A DNA stretch of 21,605 nucleotides from a virus (Duplodnaviria > Heunggongvirae > Uroviricota > Caudoviricetes), in the IMG/VR virus record IMGVR_UViG_2529292836_000015; one strand, 5' to 3'. A model generated the notes under the pieces. It ran no database searches. It was not told where the DNA came from and worked only from the letters and a program-made list of their open reading frames with translations. Shown here piece after piece: positions 1 to 7,632 of the stretch; the stretch's first letter is position 1, and every line of letters begins with the position of its first letter. The position numbers were made by a program, and so were the translations under genes.

Positions 1-177
1 AGACGTCTGCTGATTTTGCTGTTTACTGCGCCAGTTGTAGAGCTGTGATTCATACAGGCTGAGTTCACGGGCTGCGGCAGTAACACCGATGCGTTCAGCA
101 AGCTTCAGGGCTTCACTGCGAAATTCAGGCGAATGCTGTTTACGGGGTTTTTTACTGGTTGATACTGTTTTTGTCAT
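1..177 (-). CDS. insE: IS3 transposase OrfA (HTH subunit), N-terminal 59 codons, partial
   Basis: ATG is the complement of 175..177; the frame stays open to the window edge; the translation matches recalled IS3 OrfA. Confidence 0.8.
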   Translation of the reverse strand, partial: MTKTVSTSKKPRKQHSPEFRSEALKLAERIGVTAAARELSLYESQLYNWRSKQQNQQTS

Positions 178-242
178 GTGAGTCACCTCTGACTGAGAGT
201 TTACTCACTTAGCCGCGTGTCCACTATTGCTGGGTAAGATCA
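1..242 (-). mobile_element. IS3-family insertion sequence, left terminal segment (partial; element continues beyond window start)
   Basis: Minus-strand ORF from 177 to 1 translates MTKTVSTSKKPRKQHSPEFRSEALKLAERIGVTAAARELSLYESQLYNWRSKQQNQQTS, which I recognise as the N-terminus of IS3 OrfA. The minus strand reads TGATCTTACCCAGCAATAGTGGACACGCGG from 242 downward, matching the IS3 terminal inverted repeat as I recall it. Confidence 0.85.
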
Positions 243-272
243 GATGAGCAGAAAGGGGATATCACTGCTGGT

Positions 273-650
273 ATGGAGGCTATAACTCCAATTTGGCGTG
301 AATCTTTGCAGGAAGCACTCGACCGAATGACTATTTTTCGTGATAGTTCACCAAATACGGTTAGCTTAAATGTTAAAGTGTTGGCTCTTGACGTTCCTGC
401 TTTTGGTGTTTCAATGACAACTAAAGCAATTGCAAGGTATGAAATAATCAACCGTGCGAATGGTGATATTATATATACGCAGGATATTGAGTCTACCGGT
501 ACTGTTCCAGCCAGTTACGCATTCTACGGTATTGTTCGAGCACGCGAATCTGTTAATCGCGCGGTGCAAAACAACATAACGCAGTTCTTGCAAGCATTAG
601 AAAGTGTTGATCTTTCTCGTCCAATGTTTCCTGTTAGGGTAGCTAAATGA
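273..650 (+). CDS. hypothetical protein, possibly a 5'-truncated remnant of a gene interrupted by IS3
   Basis: 125-codon ORF in the track. Its frame is open upstream of the first ATG back to a TAG at 210..212, i.e. through the IS3 terminus. Its stop overlaps the start of the next gene (ATGA at 647..650). No family recognised. Confidence 0.45.
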   Translation: MEAITPIWRESLQEALDRMTIFRDSSPNTVSLNVKVLALDVPAFGVSMTTKAIARYEIINRANGDIIYTQDIESTGTVPASYAFYGIVRARESVNRAVQNNITQFLQALESVDLSRPMFPVRVAK

Positions 651-1099
651 AGCGATTATTCGTAATTGCTCCACTCTTAGTGTTGGTTGGATGCGCACAA
701 AATATATCGCCAAATAATTATTCTGTTGGCTCTGTGGGCATGGTTAATCGAACTATCGCTGGTACAGTTATTAGTGCCAGGGGGGTTGATATCAGTGGGA
801 CTTCCGCGTTAGGCGGGACTGCTGGGGCTGCCGTGGGGGCAACCGCTGGTTCTGCGCTTGGTGGGGGAGTTCGTTCTAATATCGTTGGTGCCGTTGGTGG
901 TGCAGTCATTGGTGGTATTGCCGGGGCAGCAATCGAATCTTCAGTAACAAAACAAACAGGCATGGAATATGTTGTCGAAACTGAGAATGGGAATTTAATG
1001 ACCATTGTTCAAGGCAAAGATCCGTTATTTACTCAAGGAAGTAAGGTCCTTGTTTTATACGGAAACCCTTCTCGCATAATAACAGACCCGCGTCACTAA
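647..1099 (+). CDS. outer-membrane lipoprotein, SlyB/PcP-like glycine-zipper family
   Basis: Signal peptide with lipobox (LLVLVG-C). Long Gly/Ala zipper stretch (GGTAGAAVGATAGSALGGGV...VGAVGGAVIGGIAGAAI). C-terminal segment (MEYVVETENGNLMTIVQGKDPLFTQGSKVLVLYGNPSRI) resembles the SlyB C-terminus as recalled. Confidence 0.7.
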   Translation: MKRLFVIAPLLVLVGCAQNISPNNYSVGSVGMVNRTIAGTVISARGVDISGTSALGGTAGAAVGATAGSALGGGVRSNIVGAVGGAVIGGIAGAAIESSVTKQTGMEYVVETENGNLMTIVQGKDPLFTQGSKVLVLYGNPSRIITDPRH

Positions 1100-1191
1100 C
1101 ATACCTTTTGATTTTGTAAAATCAATTCGTAATAATAAAGTCATCGGAGCTTGAACAACTCCGGTGACTTCTGCGCTAAACGGGGACGTTT

Positions 1192-1293
1192 ATGCGCACA
1201 TACAATCCAAACTCTCTTCTCCCTTCACAGATGCAGAAATGCACCTGCGATTTTTTGCATCCAGCGTCTGACCTCTGCGGAGGTGAAGCGTGA
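1192..1293 (+). CDS. ylcH: small Cys-rich protein, YlcH-like (33 aa)
   Basis: ATG at 1192 preceded by GGGGA. Translation [33 protein letters not shown]. Stop TGA 1291..1293 overlaps the GTG start of the next gene. Position matches DLP12 ylcH synteny. Too short for the ORF track. Confidence 0.45.
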   Translation: MRTYNPNSLLPSQMQKCTCDFLHPASDLCGGEA

Positions 1294-1745
1294 ACCTACC
1301 ACAAGATGGCATCAAACTGCATCGCGGTAACTTCACCGCTATCGGCCAGCAGATCCAGCCTTATCTGGAGGACGGAAAATGCTTTCGCATGGTGCTTAAA
1401 CCGTGGCGTGAGAAACGCAGTCTTTCCCAGAATGCACTCAGCCACATGTGGTACAGCGAAATCAGTGAATACCTCATCAGCAGGGGGAAATCGTTCGCTA
1501 CCGCAGCATGGGTAAAAGATGCTCTCAAACACACATACCTCGGTTATGAAACCAAGGACCTGGTTGATGTCGTAACCGGCGAAATCACTACTATCCAGTC
1601 GTTACGCCATACTTCCGATCTTGATACCGGAGAGATGTATGTCTTCCTGTGTAAGGTTGAAGCCTGGGCGATGAATATTGGCTGCCACCTGACTATTCCG
1701 CAGAGCTGCGAGTTCCAGCTGCTGCGCGACAAGCAGGAGGCGTAA
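1290..1745 (+). CDS. ybcN: YbcN-type nin-region protein (151 aa)
   Basis: GTG start at 1290 with GGAGGTG SD 5 nt upstream. Translation [19 protein letters not shown]... matches recalled DLP12 YbcN in length and sequence. Confidence 0.8.
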   Translation: MNLPQDGIKLHRGNFTAIGQQIQPYLEDGKCFRMVLKPWREKRSLSQNALSHMWYSEISEYLISRGKSFATAAWVKDALKHTYLGYETKDLVDVVTGEITTIQSLRHTSDLDTGEMYVFLCKVEAWAMNIGCHLTIPQSCEFQLLRDKQEA

Positions 1746-1915
1746 TGGCTACACCGCTTATTCGTGTCATGAACGGACACATCTACAGAGTACCAAATCG
1801 TCGTAAGCGTAAGCCTGAGCTGAAGCCATCCGAAATACCAACACTGCTCGGATATACCGCTAGCCTGGTTGATAAAAAATGGTTGCGACTGGCAGCAAGG
1901 AGGAATCATGGCTGA
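1745..1915 (+). CDS. ninE: NinE family protein (56 aa)
   Basis: ATG at 1745 overlaps the ybcN stop (TAATG). Translation [56 protein letters not shown]; basic NinE-like protein in the conserved nin position. Below the track length cutoff. Confidence 0.7.
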   Translation: MATPLIRVMNGHIYRVPNRRKRKPELKPSEIPTLLGYTASLVDKKWLRLAARRNHG

Positions 1916-2198
1916 TTTGAGAAAAGCAGCGCGTGGTCGGGAATGCCAGGTAAGAATCACTGGCGTATGTAATGGCAACCCTGAAACGTCTGTACTGGCA
2001 CATATCCGGCTGGCTGGATTGTGCGGCACCGGTATTAAACCGCCAGACCTTATTGCCACCATTGCCTGTTCTGCCTGTCACGACGAAATCGACCGCCGCA
2101 CGCATTTTGTCGATGCTGAGTACGCAAAAGAATGCGCGCTGGAAGGTATGGCGAGAACGCAGGTTACCTGGCTGAAAGAGGGGGTAATCAAGGCGTGA
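1908..2198 (+). CDS. ybcO: YbcO-type putative nuclease (DUF1364, Cys-rich)
   Basis: ATG at 1908 preceded by AAGGAGG. Translation [62 protein letters not shown]... matches recalled DLP12 YbcO. Overlaps the ninE stop by 8 nt. Confidence 0.8.
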   Translation: MADLRKAARGRECQVRITGVCNGNPETSVLAHIRLAGLCGTGIKPPDLIATIACSACHDEIDRRTHFVDAEYAKECALEGMARTQVTWLKEGVIKA

Positions 2199-2557
2199 AT
2201 ACTTACCACATCACACTACCCTGGCCTCCGAGCAATAACCGCTATTACCGCCATAATCGCGGGCGCACACACATCAGCGCAGAAGGGCAGGCATACCGCG
2301 ATAACGTCACCCGAATCATTAAAAACGCAATGCTGGATATCGGCCTGGCTATGCCAGTGAAAATCCGTATTGAGTGCCACATGCCGGATCGCCGTCGCCG
2401 TGACCTGGATAATCTGCAAAAGGCCGCTTTTGACGCACTCACCAAAGCAGGTTTCTGGCTGGATGATGCTCAGGTCGTTGATTACCGCGTTGTGAAGATG
2501 CCTGTTACCAAAGGTGGGAGGCTGGAACTGACCATCACCAAAATGGGGAATGAATGA
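2195..2557 (+). CDS. rusA: RusA Holliday-junction resolvase (120 aa)
   Basis: GTG start at 2195 overlaps the ybcO stop (GTGA). Translation [26 protein letters not shown]...[33 protein letters not shown]... is near-identical to recalled E. coli RusA. Confidence 0.9.
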   Translation: MNTYHITLPWPPSNNRYYRHNRGRTHISAEGQAYRDNVTRIIKNAMLDIGLAMPVKIRIECHMPDRRRRDLDNLQKAAFDALTKAGFWLDDAQVVDYRVVKMPVTKGGRLELTITKMGNE

Positions 2558-2694
2558 TGTTTGAGTCTTATATGGCAGAGCGTCTTCGCCGCCGCTGGGT
2601 GCGCCTGCGCTTATATCGTTTTCCTGGTTCTGTTTTGACCGATTACCGGATACTGAAGAATTACGCCAAAACCCTGACAGGAGCAGGAGTATGA
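2554..2694 (+). CDS. ylcG: small protein YlcG-like (46 aa)
   Basis: ATG at 2554 overlaps the rusA stop (ATGA). Translation [46 protein letters not shown]. Conserved position after rusA. Below the track cutoff. Confidence 0.6.
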   Translation: MMFESYMAERLRRRWVRLRLYRFPGSVLTDYRILKNYAKTLTGAGV

Positions 2695-2779
2695 AGTCAG
2701 AGATAACAATCAACTAATACTATTTTGTTGATTTTTGCTTGTAATTGGCGTTCTGGTCTGATTTTTGTGGAGTAAGTTG

Positions 2780-3163
2780 ATGCGTGATATTCAGATGGTT
2801 CTTGAGCGTTGGGGAGCGTGGGCGGCTAATAATCATGAAGATGTGACCTGGTCGTCCATTGCCGCCGGTTTTAAGGGATTAATTACTTCAAAAGTAAAAT
2901 CTCGCCCGCAATGTTGTGACGATGACGCGATGATCATTTGCGGGTGCATGGCCCGTCTGAAAAAGAACAACAGCGATTTGCACGATTTATTAGTAGATTA
3001 TTATGTAGTCGGTATGACATTCATGTCACTGGCAGGGAAGCATTGCTGCTCTGATGGTTATATCGGGAAAAGGTTACAGAAGGCTGAGGGTATAATTGAA
3101 GGGATGTTAATGGCATTAGATATCCGGTTAGAGATGGATATCGTTGTTAATAACTCTAATTAA
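2780..3163 (+). CDS. quuD: late-gene antiterminator Q (QuuD-like, 127 aa)
   Basis: ATG at 2780 with GGAGTAAG upstream. Translation [26 protein letters not shown]...[16 protein letters not shown]... matches recalled DLP12 QuuD. Position is right before the porin and lysis genes. Confidence 0.85.
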   Translation: MRDIQMVLERWGAWAANNHEDVTWSSIAAGFKGLITSKVKSRPQCCDDDAMIICGCMARLKKNNSDLHDLLVDYYVVGMTFMSLAGKHCCSDGYIGKRLQKAEGIIEGMLMALDIRLEMDIVVNNSN

Positions 3164-3196
3164 TATGCCAGTTGTTTACTAAAAGTTATTAAAAAT

Positions 3197-3220
3197 GGGG
3201 CGTTGCAACGCCCCCAAAAA
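3197..3220 (-). terminator. intrinsic terminator read on the minus strand (porin / 3'-UTR transcript)
   Basis: Perfect 18-bp palindrome GGGGCGTTGCAACGCCCC (3197..3214). On the minus strand it is followed by ATTTTTAAT. Confidence 0.45.
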
Positions 3221-3352
3221 TAAAGGGTAATATATAACAGAAGGTTTATATAGTTAGAAGCAAGGTTGTGCTCCTAAAGGAAGTGGCTTGAGGGAGCCAC
3301 TTATATGTTGGGGAGGCAAAGCCTCCCGCAACATATCTTTTTCGTAATCAGA
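3221..3352 (-). ncRNA. candidate structured 3'-UTR RNA of the porin gene (IpeX-like sRNA locus)
   Basis: Between the porin stop (3353) and the minus-strand terminator there are two stable hairpins: AGTGGCT-TGAGGG-AGCCACT (3282..3301) and ATATGTTG-GGGAGGC-AAA-GCCTCCC-GCAACATAT (3303..3336). From memory, the DLP12 sRNA IpeX maps to the nmpC 3' region. Confidence 0.3.
3303..3342 (+). terminator. intrinsic terminator-like hairpin on the + strand (candidate tR'-type site downstream of Q)
   Basis: GC-rich stem GGGAGGC/GCCTCCC with extended flanking pairing, followed on the + strand by ATATCTTTTTCG. Confidence 0.4.
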
Positions 3353-4435
3353 TTAGAACTGATACACCAGACCTACAGCGACGATGTCGTCGGTATCAAT
3401 ACCAGCTGTTTTGGTAAACTTACTATCGTCAATTAAGTTGATTTTGTAATCAACAAAAGTGGACATGTTTTTATTAAAGTAGTAAGTAGCACCGACATCG
3501 ACATACTTGACTAAGTCTCGGTCACCATGAACACCAAGGTCTTTACCTTTTGACTGAAGGTAAGCAACAGATGGTCGCAGACCGAAGTCAAACTGATATT
3601 GTGCTACTGCTTCAAAGTTTTGTGCTTTGTTTGCAATATGGTTATTACCAAAAACGGTCATATTCTGAGTTTCAGAATATGTGGTAGCCAGATAGATATT
3701 GTTCGCATCATATTTCAGGCCTGCAGCCCATACTTCCGCATTTTTGCCGGAGGCATTGAATTTGCTCTTACCATAGGCGACCTGACCGTCAGTGCGATCT
3801 GATTTAGCATAGGTTGCACCCACGCCGAATCCTTCATACTCATAAGTAGTGGAGAAACCGAAACCATCACCATTGGCTTCAGTTACGTCAGTGCGGTCAT
3901 TTTTACCCTGATACTGAGCAGCAAAGTTCAGGCCATCGACCAGACCAAAGAAGTCGTTGTTACGATAGGTTGCAACACCAGTGGTGCGACCAGTCATGAA
4001 CACATCTGTTTGGGTCCAGGTATCGCCACCGAATTCTGGCAGAACGTCAGTCCACGCACCGATGTCGTATGCTACACCGTAGTTACGGCCGTAATCGATT
4101 GAGCCGTAGTCACCGAATTTCAGGCCTGCAAATGCAAGACGGGTTTTGTCTTTGGAGGAACCTTGAGATTCAGCGCGGTTGCCTTTGAATTCATATTCCC
4201 ACTGACCGAAACCAGTCAGTTGATCGTTGATTTGGGTTTCACCTTTGAAGCCAAGACGGGCATAAGTAGTATCACCATCATCTGCATCATTAGAGGAGAA
4301 GTAGTGCTTAGCATTAACTTTCCCGTACAGATCCAGCTTGTTACTGTCTTTATTATAAATTTCAGCTGCCTGAGCAGACATCGCCATCAGTACTGATGCA
4401 GCTACAGCAGAAATTGCCACTGTTAATTTTTTCAT
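3353..4435 (-). CDS. nmpC: phage-encoded general porin, NmpC/Lc/OmpD type, intact (360 aa)
   Basis: Signal peptide [23 protein letters not shown], beta-barrel porin sequence ending in the typical ...VGLVYQF. Matches the recalled NmpC/OmpD family. Located between Q and the holin, as in DLP12 and PA-2. Confidence 0.9.
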   Translation of the reverse strand: MKKLTVAISAVAASVLMAMSAQAAEIYNKDSNKLDLYGKVNAKHYFSSNDADDGDTTYARLGFKGETQINDQLTGFGQWEYEFKGNRAESQGSSKDKTRLAFAGLKFGDYGSIDYGRNYGVAYDIGAWTDVLPEFGGDTWTQTDVFMTGRTTGVATYRNNDFFGLVDGLNFAAQYQGKNDRTDVTEANGDGFGFSTTYEYEGFGVGATYAKSDRTDGQVAYGKSKFNASGKNAEVWAAGLKYDANNIYLATTYSETQNMTVFGNNHIANKAQNFEAVAQYQFDFGLRPSVAYLQSKGKDLGVHGDRDLVKYVDVGATYYFNKNMSTFVDYKINLIDDSKFTKTAGIDTDDIVAVGLVYQF

Positions 4436-4863
4436 CGTGAGCCCTTTTTTTTGAACTATTATTAAAAAATGATGTCACTGCGCGATAAATATTCATCTAA
4501 TCAATGTGATTATTTCAAGATGTAAGTTTTGGTTTCTCGTTTGATTTGTGAAGTAGATCTCTATTTTTATCTGAACTTTTTTCTATCGAATCCTATTCAT
4601 GGCTCTTGGCTGAATAAAAATAAATCTATTAGCCAATTTATATTAACGGCTATTATTTATAAGTGCTCTATAATTTGAAGGTTCAATTTAAACCAGCTAA
4701 AAATAACACTGGAAATTATTTGTTGGTTATTTGTTGAGATTTGCTTATGTATTTGTAGTGGTGTTTTCAATACTCGGTAGCATTCTCGCAAATATCATTT
4801 AGTGGTTTACGTACGTAAAAAATTGGTTATGCTGTTAAGAGTGGTTACTTCGTCACACAGCTT

Positions 4864-4896
4864 AAACCCGCCGTCGAGCGGGTTTTTCCATTTTTT
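4864..4896 (+). terminator. intrinsic terminator on the + strand about 130 nt upstream of the holin gene
   Basis: Stem AAACCCGC / GCGGGTTT with loop CGTCGA, followed by TTTTTCCATTTTTT. Confidence 0.5.
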
Positions 4897-5024
4897 GAGT
4901 CTCGATATTAGCTGATAACCCAATACCTGAGTTATTCACTGACTCCGAGTCTGTTACGTTTCTGCTTTTTTGCGATACGTTGTATTCCCTCAATTTACAC
5001 CCGCTTTGTCTGCGAGGTGGGGTT

Positions 5025-5240
5025 ATGAAATCCATGGATAAGTTAACAACGGGTGTCGCCTATGGCACCTCAGCAGGTAGTGCCGGGTACTGGTTTTTAC
5101 AGCTGCTAGATAAAGTCACGCCCTCACAGTGGGCGGCAATTGGAGTGCTGGGTAGCCTGGTATTTGGCCTGCTGACGTACCTGACAAACCTTTATTTCAA
5201 GATTAAAGAAGACAAGCGTAAGGCTGCACGGGGAGAGTAA
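5025..5240 (+). CDS. essD: class II pinholin, S21-like, with dual-start motif (71 / 68 aa)
   Basis: ATG at 5025 with GAGGTGG SD and a second in-frame ATG at 5034 (M-K-S-M). Gly/Ala/Ser-rich TMD1 ([16 protein letters not shown]), TMD2 ([18 protein letters not shown]), charged C-terminus. Near-identical to recalled EssD / phage 21 S21. Confidence 0.85.
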
Positions 5241-5244
5241 TTCA

Positions 5245-5589
5245 ATGACTCAAAACTATGAACTGATTGTGAAAGGGATCCGCAATTTTGAGAATAAAGT
5301 TACGGTAACTTTAGCGTTACGGGACAAAAAACGCTTTGACGGTGAAATTTTTGACCTAGACATCTCGCTGGACCGTGTTGAAGGTGCCGCGCTGGAGTTT
5401 TATGAGGCAGCAGCCAGAAGGAGCATCAGACAGGTCTTCCTGGATGTTGCTGCCGGGTTATGTGAAGGGGATGAGCTGTCGCCGGAAAAGCGCCCCATAA
5501 TTTTAGAGGCGCAGAATGTGTGGATAACCTACAAAGGAAAGCTACCGGGAAGAATTACTGGTTCTCTGAAGACTCCGCCGAAATGGTAA
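5245..5589 (+). CDS. hypothetical protein between holin and endolysin; possibly DUF1327/YdfR-like
   Basis: 114-codon ORF starting 5 nt after the holin stop. Soluble, acidic. Its slot matches that of ydfR between essQ and rrrQ in the Qin prophage; the sequence resemblance is my recollection only. Confidence 0.5.
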   Translation: MTQNYELIVKGIRNFENKVTVTLALRDKKRFDGEIFDLDISLDRVEGAALEFYEAAARRSIRQVFLDVAAGLCEGDELSPEKRPIILEAQNVWITYKGKLPGRITGSLKTPPKW

Positions 5590-5833
5590 TTTCACCAGCA
5601 TATTTTTCTTCCAGTAATACCGCCAGCCACTTGAAAGAATTTTGTTGTTGCTGGGACCATTTGGGGTTGAGTGATTCAAGCTGGAGCGATGCCAGTGTTG
5701 GTTGCATTTGTTCCTTGGGAATTGAGAATGCCAGATATGAAAATGCGACAGTAAGGGCATTTACATCATCCCGAAGCCTGGAAATGCAGTCGAGCAACTC
5801 CTGTAGAGAAATGGTGCTATTGTCCATAAACAA
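5555..5833 (-). CDS. hypothetical protein, convergent to and overlapping the 3' end of the preceding ORF
   Basis: 90-92 codon minus-strand ORF. Second ATG (complement of 5825..5827) is preceded by AGAGAGGA at 7 nt spacing. Helical-looking composition. No family recognised. The competing + strand ORF 5520..5852 lacks an SD and looks less protein-like. Confidence 0.4.
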   Translation of the reverse strand: MFMDNSTISLQELLDCISRLRDDVNALTVAFSYLAFSIPKEQMQPTLASLQLESLNPKWSQQQQNSFKWLAVLLEEKYAGEITISAESSENQ

Positions 5834-5932
5834 TCCTCTCTATTGTATTTAACTATTCCTTGCCTGATTCAACAGGCCGGGACAGATAAACATATCCAGG
5901 GTTCAGAAACCGATAAATCCTGATAAATATCC

Positions 5933-6466
5933 ATGAACGCAAAAATCAGATACGGCCTGTCGGCTGCCGTTCTGGCACTGATTGCCGTCGGTGCGCCTGC
6001 GCCTGATATTCTCGACCAGTTTCTGGATGAAAAAGAAGGTAACCACACAACGGCATACCGCGATGGTTCCGGCATCTGGACCATCTGTCGGGGTGCCACG
6101 GTGGTGGATGGAAAACCCGTTTTTCCCGGTATGAAACTGTCGAAGGAAAAATGCGACCAGGTTAACGCCATTGAACGGGATAAGGCGCTGGCATGGGTGG
6201 AGCGCAATATTAAAGTGCCACTGACCGAACCACAGAAAGCGGGTATCGCGTCATTTTGTCCCTATAACATTGGCCCCGGTAAGTGTTTCCCGTCGACGTT
6301 TTATAAGCGGCTGAATGCCGGTGATCGTAAAGGTGCATGCGAGGCGATTCGCTGGTGGATAAAAGATGGTGGGCGCGATTGCCGCATACGTTCAAATAAC
6401 TGCTATGGACAGGTTATTCGTCGTGACCAGGAAAGCGCATTAGCCTGTTGGGGGATAGAGCAGTGA
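5933..6466 (+). CDS. SAR endolysin (T4-lysozyme-like muramidase with N-terminal signal-anchor-release domain)
   Basis: N-terminal weakly hydrophobic Gly/Ala-rich segment [18 protein letters not shown], then catalytic E-x8-D-x5-T ([16 protein letters not shown]). Adjacent to the pinholin and Rz. Confidence 0.85.
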   Translation: MNAKIRYGLSAAVLALIAVGAPAPDILDQFLDEKEGNHTTAYRDGSGIWTICRGATVVDGKPVFPGMKLSKEKCDQVNAIERDKALAWVERNIKVPLTEPQKAGIASFCPYNIGPGKCFPSTFYKRLNAGDRKGACEAIRWWIKDGGRDCRIRSNNCYGQVIRRDQESALACWGIEQ

Positions 6467-6924
6467 GCAGAGTCGCCGCGATTATTTATGCTTTGGTTAT
6501 CTGCATCATCGTCTGCCTGTCGTGGGCGGTCAATCATTACCGTGATAACGCCATCGCCTACAAAGAACAGCGTGATAAAAAAGTCAGTGAGCTGAAGCAG
6601 TCGATCGCCACCATCGCTGACATGCAGCAGCGTCAGCGTGATGTTGCTGCACTCGATGCAAAGTACTCGAGAGAATTAGCCAATGCGAAAGCTGAAAATG
6701 AAACTCTGCGCGCTGATGTTGCCGCTGGTCGTCGTCGGTTGCACATCAAAGCAGTCTGTCAGTCAGTGCGTGAAGCCACCACCGCCTCCGGCGTGGATAA
6801 TGCAACCAGCCCCCGACTGGCAGACACCGCTGAACGGGATTATTTCACCCTCAGAGAGAGGCTGATCACTATGCAAAAACAACTGGAAGGAACCCAGAAG
6901 TATATTAATGAGCAGTGCAGATAG
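6463..6924 (+). CDS. rzpD: Rz i-spanin (inner-membrane spanin subunit)
   Basis: GTG start overlaps the endolysin stop (GTGA). N-terminal [20 protein letters not shown] followed by coiled-coil. Matches recalled RzpD. Confidence 0.85.
   Translation: MSRVAAIIYALVICIIVCLSWAVNHYRDNAIAYKEQRDKKVSELKQSIATIADMQQRQRDVAALDAKYSRELANAKAENETLRADVAAGRRRLHIKAVCQSVREATTASGVDNATSPRLADTAERDYFTLRERLITMQKQLEGTQKYINEQCR
6683..6865 (+). CDS. rzoD: Rz1 o-spanin lipoprotein, embedded in the +1 frame of Rz
   Basis: [20 protein letters not shown] lipobox, poly-Pro (PPPPP). Lies entirely inside Rz in another frame. Matches recalled RzoD. Confidence 0.8.
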   Translation: MRKLKMKLCALMLPLVVVGCTSKQSVSQCVKPPPPPAWIMQPAPDWQTPLNGIISPSERG

Positions 6925-6955
6925 AGCTGCCCATATCGATGGGCAACTCATGCAA

Positions 6956-7249
6956 TTATTGTGAGCAATACACACGCGCTTCCAGTGGAGTATAAATGCC
7001 TAAAGTAATAAAACCGAGAAATCCATTTACGAATGTTTGCTGGGTTTCTGTTTTAACAACATTTTCTGCGCCGCCACAAATTTTGGCTGCATCAACAGTT
7101 TTCTCCTGTCCAATTCCCGAAACGAAGAAATGATGGGTGATGGTTTCCTTTGGTGTTACTGCTGTCGGTTTGTTTCCAACAGTAAACGTCTGTTGAGCAC
7201 ATCCTGTAATAAGCATTGCCAGAGCGGCAGAAAACAACATTTTTTTCAT
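6956..7249 (-). CDS. bor: Bor lipoprotein (serum-resistance/Iss family, 97 aa)
   Basis: ATG at complement of 7247..7249 with AGGA SD. Translation MKKMLFSAALAMLITG-CAQQTFTV...GIYTPLEARVYCSQ matches recalled Bor/BorD. Confidence 0.9.
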   Translation of the reverse strand: MKKMLFSAALAMLITGCAQQTFTVGNKPTAVTPKETITHHFFVSGIGQEKTVDAAKICGGAENVVKTETQQTFVNGFLGFITLGIYTPLEARVYCSQ

Positions 7250-7429
7250 CTTATTATCCTGCATTGTTAAAAACGGCAGAATCCTATGTGACAACAATTA
7301 AACGATAGTTAAATGGATTGATGAAAATTAAAACTATATAGGTGGATGCTCAGCCTATCGGAGGTAGTCAGGATTTGAATGTCAGTCTGTTGTCGGCATT
7401 CTGGCAATGCAATTTGGATAAAGCGGGGA

Positions 7430-7552
7430 TTAAAAAGATAGAGGCGAGCCGGTCAGGTAGAAATGAATCAGGCTCAAAGTGAAGCGGAAAAGGTCTGTGG
7501 CACAAGCTGATGCAGCCATAATTACAGCCTGATGATTTGTGGAATGAAACAT
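7430..7552 (-). CDS. candidate 40-aa small protein with a perfect Shine-Dalgarno
   Basis: Minus strand reads TAAGGAGGT-TCAAC-ATG, then MFHSTNHQAVIMAASACATDLFRFTLSLIHFYLTGSPLSF, stop at complement of 7430..7432. No family recognised. Confidence 0.3.
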   Translation of the reverse strand: MFHSTNHQAVIMAASACATDLFRFTLSLIHFYLTGSPLSF

Positions 7553-7632
7553 GTTGAACCTCCTTAATTGATGTTATTCGAGTGATGAAGGCATTCTGTC
7601 CTTCTATAGTGTCCAGTAAATCAAACAGGAAA

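Noticed and set aside
718-1005. Minus-strand ORFs lying inside well-supported + strand genes (718..1005, 1544..2062, 2216..2713, 8560..8991, 9493..10095, 11068..11724, 12484..12951, 21017..21421 and similar)
   Set aside because: They are antisense shadow frames of recognisable genes, with no SD or coupling signals and low-complexity or odd composition.
5520-5852. + strand 110-codon ORF overlapping the S-R insert
   Set aside because: No SD; it begins inside the upstream ORF in another frame; its Ser/Cys-rich composition looks non-protein-like. The minus-strand ORF with an SD is the better candidate, though neither is proven.
6925-6955. Short hairpin TGCCCA-TATCGA-TGGGCA between the convergent Rz and bor stops as a bidirectional terminator
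   Set aside because: Only a 6-bp stem and no U-run on either strand; too weak to call.
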